Assembly: GCA_051362555.1 (NCBI GenBank)
Contig: CM120640.1
Coordinates: forward strand, 67,062,788 to 67,126,787
Length of the DNA stretch: 64,000 nt
Source: Lingula anatina
Taxonomy: Eukaryota > Animalia > Brachiopoda
Direction of reading: 5' to 3'
The position numbers were made by a program, and so were the translations under genes. Below are positions 40,201 to 52,100 of this stretch, piece by piece (position 1 is the first letter of the stretch; each line of letters begins with the position of its first letter). The notes beneath the pieces are model-generated. The model was not told the origin of the DNA. It did no database searches and saw nothing but the letters and a program-made list of their open reading frames with translations.

Positions 40201-43200
40201 CTCCATTATATTACATTTTACCTACGTAAATTACTTTGACAAAAGGTCAGCACAACAAGGAAATCTATTTCCTTTCTACCAGCCTGACCGTCTGGAATTT
40301 TTCACTTGCATTTCAGGTGTATTGTAAGATTTAAAGGAAAGTACTGATACACTTTGTATGAATCATTGTGAAAAACTGCTGATTTTACCGTATCAGAGCA
40401 GTGCACATTTGCACATAACACTATTGTTTGCCAAAATTACCAATTTGGAATAAAAAATAATTATTTACTGCTAAGAATACTTAATGTTATCCTGTGCCCA
40501 CTTTTTGAAGAACAGATGTAACTTTCAACTCTTATGCACCAAAAGTCAACCATATTTTAGATCTGTTTTAGCCCTAGCTGTAAGTACCTTGAATGTTGAC
40601 ATATAATCAAGTGACTGTTACAGTCCATTAAGGAAGGACGTACTTGGATTTTATGCTGTGTTAATTAGATCCACTCCTTCCTATGTTTTTTTGTCCAAAA
40701 GGTAATTAAATTGTGAAATGGTAGAAGGTCAATCAGTGTTGGTTTCAAAGTGACTTAATTGCTGTTGTGATGTTTTGATGAGAAAAAGGAAAAAACAACT
40801 TTTTTTTGGATTAACTGGCCATTTTCTAGTACTTACTAGTCATCACATTGTTTTGGTCTAAACTCAGTATTCTTTTATGACTGGATTTCTTTAAATACAG
40901 CCTTTTGTACAATTAGCTTTGAAAGCCTCTAAGGTCATCCAGCTTATTGCTTTGTGTTATGTGTCTTTTTTTCAAGGGTTGTGGATAAACATCTCATTAA
41001 ATAAGTTTGATAATTAATACGCTATTGCTTTGATGTCTGTGTAATGAGAAATCTGTTAAGTACTTTCACTAACCAGTTCCTACTTTATAGATTACTGGAT
41101 TAAACCACATTTGCCAGTTTTGGGTCCCAGAAATGGATGAAATTTCATAATTACTAAAGAATATCAGATTATTTTGTATTGTTGAGAGTGAGGGTGATTT
41201 GATTAAAAGTTACTACCAATTTTGATTGCTGCCATCTTCATGCTGATGGCACCACTATATACTTTGTTACAAACTGGCATAACAAAGATTTCAACAGTTT
41301 ATATGAGGTTTCATCAGGGACATCCCAACATAATTTCTGTTGAATAGTGACATAATATATTTTTCAGCAGAACAAAGTCTGCTTAATTGATGACAGGAGG
41401 CAAAAGATGAAGTATATATTATAATTTTCTAAAACAGTCCTAAAGTGTTTTAGAAGTTCCCATTTCATGTCAGACAGGACCCAGACCCAGTGTTCTATAA
41501 AAAAAAAAAGAAGAAGAAGAGGACATTGTGCTAGAATTCCTCACATTTGTATTTGATTCCATTGAAAATGTATTGAATGATTATGTACTTACTTTATTAT
41601 CCATTTTTTAAATCCCTCAGGTAAGAAAAGATGCCAAAGCTAATGGCCTAGAAAATCCATTGTGGTACTTACTATTGCTACATTAGGTGTAGGTGATTGG
41701 CTGTGATGTAGAGACTTTTGTGAAGACAGTGATCTAAAAAATAACAGTATATGTTATATTTCCTAAGCTGGGATGAGATTTTTCCAACAACTATCAGCAG
41801 GATTATGGCTTTTTGGGAGCCAAAAAAAAAAAAAAAAAAAAAGACAGTCACCTGGACCCCTTGCCATATTTTTCGACTTTTTCACTAAATGATGGTATCA
41901 GCCCTGTCTAAGGGAGGGGAGGTTTTGCTTTTGGTTTGTGTTGAAGACTGCTGTATTTTACAGAGAACAAAATGAGTTAAGTGATATGATGGTGATTGAT
42001 GTTTAATGTCTATCATAGAGATACTTAGTTCAAATCGGTGCCAAGGGGTTCCTTAAAGCTTCACGTTCAGCTGAACTTAATGTTCACTGTCAGTGGGTCA
42101 CATTCATGGCTGTTACTATTAGAAATGGTAAAAAAAATATTAACAAGCTATTTGGTTGACAGAGCAGCCTTGAAATGTTATATGGTTTCACATAATTGGC
42201 GGTTATAAAGATAAAGTATAGTGGATAAAAAGAATGACGCAGCTGTTTGGATCAGATTTTTTTCTTCTGTCTGGAATGACTGATCAAAAAAAAAAAAATC
42301 TGTGAAATTTCTATTATATTATGATACCCAGAAATCTAATTAACATATTGTTTGTATCTTTAACTCTTGTTTTGAGACACTAGACCTTTGAAAACCATGG
42401 TCATACTAAAGATTATTTAAATCATTACAATGTATTTACGAGCTGATAAACTGAGAAAACGCTTCTTGTGTTCTGTCATACTGTTGCCTGTTGTGGCCCT
42501 GGATTCCCTACTTTGAAGAATTGATTTATCATGTCAGAGTTTTACAGCTAATATGTTAGTCTCTCCATCACTTTGCTGTCATAAATAACCCCTGTGTTTG
42601 CCAACCTTAATGTCAGCTAGCAGGCAAACCTCTGATGAATGAAGTACAAAATATGTCTGAAGTCAGGTATGATATAAATTTTCAGTTAGCTGATAATACA
42701 GATTGATTCAGATGATGTCTTGTCATGAGTCAGTTAGATTACAAACAGGGTTTTATTTAGAGCTTGATGAAGTTTTGTCTTATTCAAATAAAAACAAACT
42801 TTTCAGAAGATGTATATCCAAATACCTACGCACACACACACACACACACACACACACTGAAAATAAATAAATAAATAAATAAACCCAATACATGTCTATA
42901 CCTCAGCTCTGAGTGTCATGGACATATCTATAGGTGGTGTCTATTCAAATGGTTTTCCAACTGGTTACAACGGCATAATGTCACTTGCGTCACATGCCAA
43001 GCCAGCTACATCACTTTGTGACAGCACATTGTTATGAATTCTCATAACCATTATGAGAAGTTATGAGAAGTCCTAACTATGTGCTGTCACAAAGTGACGT
43101 AGCTGGCATGGCATGTGATGCAAGTGACGTTACGTCGTTGTAACTGGTTGGAAAACTGTTTGAATAAACATCTGGCAATCGGACAGACAATTCCCCCCCT

Positions 43201-43650
43201 GGACAATTCCCCTCGGACTATTCCCCCCGGACAATTCCCCCTCAGGACAATTCCCCCCCCAGATGATTCCCCCCCAAGAAATATCTATTTATACACAAAT
43301 ATAATGAAAAAAGTATAAAGTTTAAAACATTTCATCCATTTTATTAATATTTTAGTGTGATAATGCAACTTCATCATGAAACAAATTATTTTATAACAAG
43401 TTACTTTTTCATTTAGTACTAGTACAGAAAGTTTTATTAAACATCTAAACAAAGTATAACCACCTATCCTTCAGGTAAAGGTTGGGTAAACGGGGGGGGG
43501 GGGGGGGGGGGGGAATTGTCCTGATACCCCCGTGACTATGTCTGTGAAACTCAGAGTTGAGGTTTAGACATGTCTTGGGTTTATTTATCCATATATTTAT
43601 TTTAATTGTGTATCTGCATAGTTGAGCTCTCTAAATATTGTATAAATGAT

Positions 43651-43722
<72 letters not shown>

Positions 43723-46700
43723 TTTCCTAATGAATTATAATTAAAACACTTGGAGTGTTTTGTTTAGACTATTAAATTTAGAGAAGACAGTGAACTATGG
43801 ATGAAAATAATTTATCACTCACACATAGGTTTCTTAAATCTGAATATGAAGAAGGAAAAAAAAAGCAATTCCTTTATGGAAACGTGAGGAACTTGTGGTC
43901 TGTGTGATAAAACTGAGATTTGAATGTGGAAGACCATTGATTGTAGCAGCTAAGATAGATCACTATGCCTGTTACTAAGATATTGCTTTACCATGAAAGC
44001 TATTGGGTATACTTGAAAAAAAATATTATAAGAGAATGAATGCCACTGTTAATATCTACCATCATTTCCTGACAGTGAATGACTGAGGCCTGTGAAATTG
44101 CATGGTTTCTGAGAAAAAGATTTTGCTGGTTATGTTTTTGGAGGTTTATAAGATTCTCACTAACTGCATAGTTTCTGAGTAATAGTTATTTGTGAGGACC
44201 AGATTCTAAAAGCTTAACTTTTTTTAGGTTCTTTTACTTGTCCTGTTGTGTTTATTTATTTTTAAGGAATCCATACACTGAAAATAAGTCTCACTAAAAA
44301 TAATTCATTCTATTAAAAAAGAAATAAATACTTAATTCACTGTTGCAGTTAGATAAGTGTTTTATGTGAAATTGTATCTTTATCTACAATCTGAATGACA
44401 ACGAGAAAGATTGTTTACATAATGTAACTTGTTGCCTAAATCCCTTTATTACTACAGATATCAAAGACAGTACATAAACAAGCAGAGTTGCCAGCCTTTC
44501 CTTTATTCCACCCTAGGAACGGGTGATTTGTTAACCATGTAACTGAAACTGACATTTTTTATTCCCAGTATGTTGTTAGTATGTCATCTATGAAATCAGC
44601 AGTGAATATATTATTTCATTAATCATTTATAGTTGGTAACAGCGCTTTGTAATTACTTGTCATGGTGTTTATTTCATCTTGCTTTTGGTTTTATGTATTT
44701 CATTTCAAGGGTTGTATAATTTGGAGAACCAGGTAAATGTAAGTTCATAGACTCAATGGAATTTTTATTGTGTCACCTTTGCTCTGCTGATGGGGTAGGT
44801 GTTAGTATGGTGCTGTATTGCTTTGCTTATTGAAACCCAATTATATATGTTAACACTAGGAGTTTCAAAACAAAAAAAAAGCCTCTCAGTCTACCAGTAC
44901 AGATGGTGACAAAAAGTACAGTCAGTGATGATCTTGCTCAAGTCGGCATTCTGCTCATGTTTATTGTAGATAGGTTGTCTAGGAGTTTTTGTAATTTAAT
45001 GACTTGTCTATCATGAAAAATATCTTTGTAGTGTTATTTGGGCATATTTCTCAGTCTGGAAGAGAGAATAGAAAGAGGTGTTCTCATCTATTCAAATAAT
45101 TCATTTTTGATGGGACATGTCATTTAAAGAATAAAAAAAGGAGGAACCAAAAGATACCAAACAAGGCATATCATAGAGGTCTGTTTAATGAATTTTATCA
45201 TCAGATGCTCATATTTTTAATAAAGGTATTTTAGAAATAATAGGAGCATTTTGTGCAGAAACCTCTTAGTATGTGCAGAAACACATTACATCGTTATTGT
45301 TGTGCAGAATATCGATGACTGTATGGAAATTTGTAATATGTGCAGAAACATAAAATATAACACCATGTGGAAATGCCAATTAATATTTCTTGTTAGGGAG
45401 GCATATAATTTAATTCTGTTCTGATATACATTTTCAAAATTAAAACCAGTGTGTTAGTGAGTGTCTGTGTGAATGTGCGTGTATGCTGTCATATGGGGGT
45501 GTATGTGTATGCTGATAATATGCATGTCAATAAACTTTAAAGTCTTGTTTATGGTACCTGTCCTATTTTCTTTTTGATTTGCTTGCAGTAATTGTCTTCA
45601 TGCACAGTAATCCTTTGAAAGTAATGCAATTAATACCACTCTAAATTGCAAAAAGAGGTCCTAAAATATATACATTATAGAGTCTAAGACTTGGTAAAGT
45701 GATATTTAGTATGCACTGGGAATTGTTGAGGACCCTTAGAGAATTCTGTAATTGCTTAGTTTCTGTGTAAAAATCTTGTAGAGAGTTTAATTTTTTCACT
45801 AGACACTTTGTTTGAAGAATTCTACTAAAACTGGGGCTACACTTCCTTATGAAATAAACCCCTCTACTTTTTTAATTAAAATGATCTCACCTTTCTCTGT
45901 AGTGTGAACTGAAGAATGAGGGACCTATTCACAAACATGCCATAAGTGCTCTTCGCTGCTTCAAACGGTCATGTGAGCTGGACGACTCCAATGCCAAGCT
46001 CTGGGTTGAGTATGGCTCCCTGGCATACCAGCTCCACTCGCATGCATCAAGGCAACTTAAACAGGTAAGTGAACCTAGAAACATGGCACATGGCATGGAT
46101 TAATGGCTCTGTCCTTCGTGTATGTCGCTTGTGGTGTTTATATGGTATTGTAGAGCAGAGCATGCACTTGTCACGCTTTGTTTACTGGGGCAAGGATTTC
46201 AGATAAATATGTAAAGTTGATTTTGCAAAATTTAAATAATTCACTCTAAAAAATTTGACCCAGTTTTGTTTTGAAAAAAAAAATGTACACTTTGATATTT
46301 GTCAGGTAAAGTGACAATTATTTGTGCAAGCTAAATCATTTAACTAAAAGCCTTATCTAAAAGCAGGCAAGCATTGAAAATGCCATTAAAGTGAGAATAA
46401 ACGTGATAGAAATGCCATTATCCTAGCAACAATGTTGTTGTGCTTTGTGAACTGTGAGATTTCGCACTTTGGTCACATCTTATAGCCCATCTGTTTTGTG
46501 AACCATTTTATGGCTTTGAAATAAGGTGATAAATAAGTGACTTGTTAAATACACAATTCAGAAACATTCATAATATTAAGATACATTTAATTATGAAAAG
46601 AGCAGTCAGAGAGCACAGATGGACCTCTACCAAGGTACTCTTTATTATTTAATAATAGTTAGCTAAATTAATAAATTGAACATTTTTAATTAGGCTTACT

Positions 46701-49136
46701 ATCAAAGTATAAGTGATTTTAAGTAAGCACATTTCTATCTTATTTTATCAAAATCTGTTCATACTTGTTGAGTTAGACTGTTAACTTACAAACCGGAGAA
46801 GGCAAAAACATATCCGATTGGCAGAAATTAACTTCTAGCATATTTTTACAAATAGGCCGTAATGTAACAATAAAATATTGCAATACTTATAGTTATTTAC
46901 ATATGGTTATCTTAATAAAGAAGCTTTACATGCATAATACAACAAGAAGTACACTTTTAACATGATGATGATCTATATGCAATGAATTAAGACATTTGTC
47001 ATAATGGTATATTTTATAATAAATGGAGATGTCAGCAGAACTTATTGTGATGTTTTAACATCATACACTTACCTGAAACAATATTGCATTCTACACCTTC
47101 AGGATAGTATGCAGGATCCCTCAGTGAAATTCACCTAAAAGTGATACAGGCAACACCCAGATGAAGTTCTCTTGCCACTCACGCAGAAAAACTAATCTCA
47201 CTGTGTAGTTTCAGTTGCCTTTAAACTGGTTTTGAAACCATTCTTGGTAAAACGCATGGATGAGTTCGCATTCCCACAAGAATATATTTAAGCTAAAATA
47301 AAGTTCTGGCTGTTGCAACACAGTATAAGGGCATCAATCAATACAAATGACTTTTAACCGAGAACACAAGTCAGGTATTCTTAATATCCTAGTGGCTTGA
47401 GATTTTTCTGTTAAATTGAAAGATAATGATGGGTTTGTTTAGTGGAGAAGGTGTGTGGATAGCGTGACTGATGCTGTGAGACATTATTTCCTGTCTTGGT
47501 GGATTGATTTTGATTCTATTCCAATACTGTTTAGTCGGTAGTTCAATCAGGAAAATCAATATCCCTTTTTTGTGTGTTTTTAATGTACAGTGATGATATT
47601 TTTAATCCTCGTAAACATGTTTAACTGAATATTAGTTGTCACAAGAAAAAAGAGGAGAGAAATATTAACCCTGAATGTAACACACATGATATTTAATAAT
47701 GCATAAATATGCCATTTGTTTCATCTGCACTGTACTTTTTTCTTGTTATCAATCATATTGCTTCAGGTAATTAGCCTTGATTAAAAAGCAAAATTGCTTA
47801 TAGTACACTAAGGAAATGTGATTGTTAAATTCAAAGACGCCTGATTGTTTAATATCTTTTGAGCACAGTTTCATTTATATGATTTCAGTAAAAAAAAATT
47901 CGAAAAAAAATTATGAAGATTATACATATAGGAATGTACCCTACTTTGTTGATATTCATGGTGAATCCATTGATTTTGATACAACTTGAAAAGTTCTCCT
48001 TATTAGCTGGATCTTGTTAATGTAACCAGAAAATCAATTACTGGAAAAAAGAAGTCACTCTGCAGGATATCAGCCCTAATTGTGTTACCCTTTCGTTTTC
48101 CTGAACCCTAACACTTTCATCTTGTTATTGCCAGCACCCAATCCATCCACTGAATGATGAGGCCTTGCAGATTGCCCAGAGCAGCAAGATTGAGATGCTG
48201 CGTATTGCCCAGGACTGTTATACCAATGCCAGCAAGTGTGAGGCAGAGGACAGCGAGGAAGAGCTCTGGCTTCATCACTACATGCTAGGGAAGGTGGCGG
48301 AGAAGATGAGGAAGCCACCCAAGGATTATCTTGACCATTATAAGCAGGTTAGGGGGATAATCACATTACTTGCTGTTATCTTGTCAGTTGTATTTTGTAA
48401 TTAGTGATCTTTTAATTTAATTTTAACAGGGTTGAAGTAAATGGATTGTTGAGGAATTGGTCCTTAAAATAGATTTTATTTGTTTTTGTTTTTGTTTATT
48501 TGTTTGCTTGTTTTTTTCCAAACTTTTAATTTAAAGGTAAGTTGCAAAATAAGCAACATTAGCATTGCTTTGCTGCTTTGCCTACTTGATAAAAATAGTG
48601 ATTTATTGTATGGTCTTAACCCAATAAAGCTAAAGTAAATTGATTTTCACTGAAAGAGATATGTGTAAATCTAGACCTGTGTTAATTAGTCTTGTCTACA
48701 TGGTGAATTTGATATAACCTGTTGACTTGAAATGGCTGGCCAGATTGTAGACTCACATATTCTAGTGTGTTTGTGTCTGTGCGCACGTGCGTGTGTACTA
48801 ACACACAGTATAAAAAATAATACGCTTTTTTTGTTTGTTCTCCAGGCAGCCATATTCCTGCATGAAGACAAGGCCAGGTATCCCAAGAAAATCAATTACA
48901 TTGTCAGCCCCCCACACCTGGCTGTGGAAGCTTTGGAGGTAACAAAACACACAAGATGAAACTGTACCAAGTTCAACATTTTAAAACACCCGCCAATTAG
49001 TAATTTTTATTAAATAATAAAGAAAATAGCATGATTCTGCTCAAGAAAAGTGGTTTGCTAGACCACATGGACCAAATTGGTCAAATTGAGCCTATTTGTT
49101 CATCTAACAGTGATTTAAACTAGCCATTATGATTGC

Positions 49137-49176
<40 letters not shown>

Positions 49177-52100
49177 TTGGTGCACTATGAAGATGATATA
49201 CATGTAGCACCTGAAGTATTCCATCAATTTAAAACAGTAGAGGTAGTGGCTAACAGTGTTACTAATTATATGTAATGGAATTATACATTGGTTATAAAGG
49301 TTTGACCAGACTACTGAATCAGATATAAGAAATCAGCCTCACAGTAATTATTGAGACAGTCAAGTATGCATAGAATTGGGGTATAAAAAGTTTGTATGTT
49401 TATGTATATTCAGGTGTTTTACCGCATACACTCCAGCATGCTGAAGTTCTTGGAGAGAGAAGCCAGTGAGGTGGACTACAGTTTATTTTCACAGTACATC
49501 ACGGAGGCCAAGGAAAGTCCATTTGCCAAAGCTCAGGAGAAGAAAACAGAGAGAAAGGACAGGTTAGAATTTTGTCACAGAGGAAAATTTTTCTCAGAAA
49601 TATTTGCTGACCATGATAGATTTTTCAAACATAACAAATTTATATATCAGTGTTGGTATGATTTTGTCTTACATTACAAACTAGCTCTTATTGTTTTACA
49701 ATTTGATTCTAGAAATAAGAAGGCAGTTATGTTTCGGTTTGTCTGTTAAAAAATGCACCCATTCCTGATGCTTGAGTGTGCTCATTTCAGCTCTAGGGAG
49801 AGCATATCAGGCATATCTGAGGATGAGACCTCCAACTCGAACCTCCAGCCAACTGCCACCAAATCCAAGCCCTCGGTTCACGTGACTCCTCTGGACCACA
49901 ACTACTCCAGACAGCGCAGTCAGACAGAGAGTGAGATGTCAGCTGATGATACGTCTAGAGATATTTACTCTTCTGCTGAGTCCATAAATATAGAAAACAC
50001 AAATAACATGACAAGCAAACACATGGAAGTGCAGAATGTTGAACCAAACCAAGCATCCAAGTCCACTTCTGCTATTGGAAGTGCTGACACCACTATGCCA
50101 GATGCATCTATGCCAAAGGACGATTTAGCAGTCAGCGAGGAAAAGATATCGGATACTGAGCCTGACCCAAAGGCCTCACCCTCAATAGAACAGCAGTATA
50201 CTGAAAATGGTACTGCGACTAGTTCTGTCTCCTTGGATCAGAAAGAAAACATTCAGTCCACATTAGAAAACCCTCTAAAGCCACCAGAGACCACAGAGAT
50301 AAAGATGGACGAAGATGTTCAGCCAGAAACAGCAAGTCAAACATCAGATGTAGAGATGACAGAATCTTCTGTGAAAGATGAGGAGAAGGTGGACAGTGAA
50401 GAAGAGATCATGGATATTTTGACCACTGATCTGAGTGACCCTACATGCATGGAGACCATAGAGCTGGAGGTTGCTATAGGCTCTCATGGGGAAGTCAAGG
50501 TTTTGGTGAAAGACCATGCTGATCCTGTTGAAGTTACTCTTACTGAAGTGGATGCTGTTAAAGCTAAAGAGATTCCAGGAGATGGAGCTGTTGGTTGCTC
50601 TGGTTCTGTGGAATTTTCCAGTGTAGAAAAATCTGTAGATGCTGACCTAACAGATGTTAATAACCAGCCTGATAGTAAAGAAACAGTGGAATTAAGACAT
50701 GAAAAGAATGACAGTGAAACAAAACAAGCAGACGAGGTATTCAACACAGAATTAAGTGAAACAGAAATGAAGGAAGATGCTGCAAACTCTGGTACAGAGG
50801 TCTTGACAAGATCAACTGAAACTGTATCAGAACCAATAAAAGATGAAAGTTCTGCAAGTGAACAAGCAGTCTTGAGCATAAAGGATGCTGTAGACAGTGC
50901 TCTAAAAGGTACTACGCCAGCATCATTGAATGTAGACAGATCTGTTAGTGGTTCTGAACTAAGTAAAACTGAGTCAAGACTACATAAAGATACAAAGCCA
51001 GAAAGTTCAAATGGTGAAGGAGACTCAGTGGAAGCCAAATCCAAGTTGTTAGAAAGTGCTAGTAGTAAAACTGAGACTAAGTCTAAAGAAGAGGAAACAA
51101 AGGCCAATGAACAACAAAGTAGTCATAAGGAGAAAGGTGATGATTTGGAAATTCTGGAAGAATTGGATGAGGTGACAGGTATGATGGTCAGGAAGTTTAT
51201 AAAGGCTGGAGATATGGTCAAAAGTGAGCCCTTGAAGAGAGAGCAGACCCCAGTGACTAAGGAAACCACAGGAAGTAAGGATAAGACATCAGACAAGAAG
51301 AGTAGTGAGAGTGAAAATCAAAATGGCACTTGCAGCAAAAAAGATGATAATAGTGAAGAGAAAAACTCAGAAACTGGTGGAATCCAACCAGATCCGAAGC
51401 GAAAGGAATTGATGTCTGCCTGTATGCAGGGTTTACATGTGTGTTTATCCAGGTTCCCACAGCACTACAAGTCCATCTACAGGCTGGCCCACATCTACTA
51501 TACCTCACCTGCATTCAAGGTAGATACTAGCAATAGGGTAATGGCTCAATCATTTCAGCTGTGAAAAAATAATCAATTTCTCAATTTTTTATTTGGAATC
51601 ATTAAAAATACATTATTTTGTAGCATTTTGCTGCTTTTATTATACAGAAAAGAATTATTAGGTAGTTTGTTTTTCATTTGTGTTGCTACCACTCAATAGG
51701 AATTATCAAATTTCAAGAAATTATTACTTGCAGTATCTGTAAGATTCACAGTTTTCCTGGTTGAAATGATCACGTCATTACCATATGTATATAATGCTTC
51801 AAGCAGAATTGATGCTTTTAAGTCTTTCATTTTTGTAGTAGCCAAATAATTTTCTGAACCAATTATGATGCTGATTATACAAGTTAAATCTTTTTAACTT
51901 TCAAAATCTTTTTAACTTTCAATTTGTTTAGTGTCACACAATAGATGTATGAGAACTTTTACAGCAGATTTTTTACTTCAGGACCCCAGAAAAACGAGGG
52001 ATCTTTTACTTGGACCTAATGGTAAATGGGAGCAATGTGAACACATGCCTTGTCAGGGACTGTTCCAGGAGAGAAAACACACTAACTTTTTTAATGTGAG

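Noticed and set aside
50484-51107. 207-aa antisense ORF
   Set aside because: It is an antisense shadow of the E/K/S-rich CABIN1 exon, and its composition is explained by reverse-complement codons.
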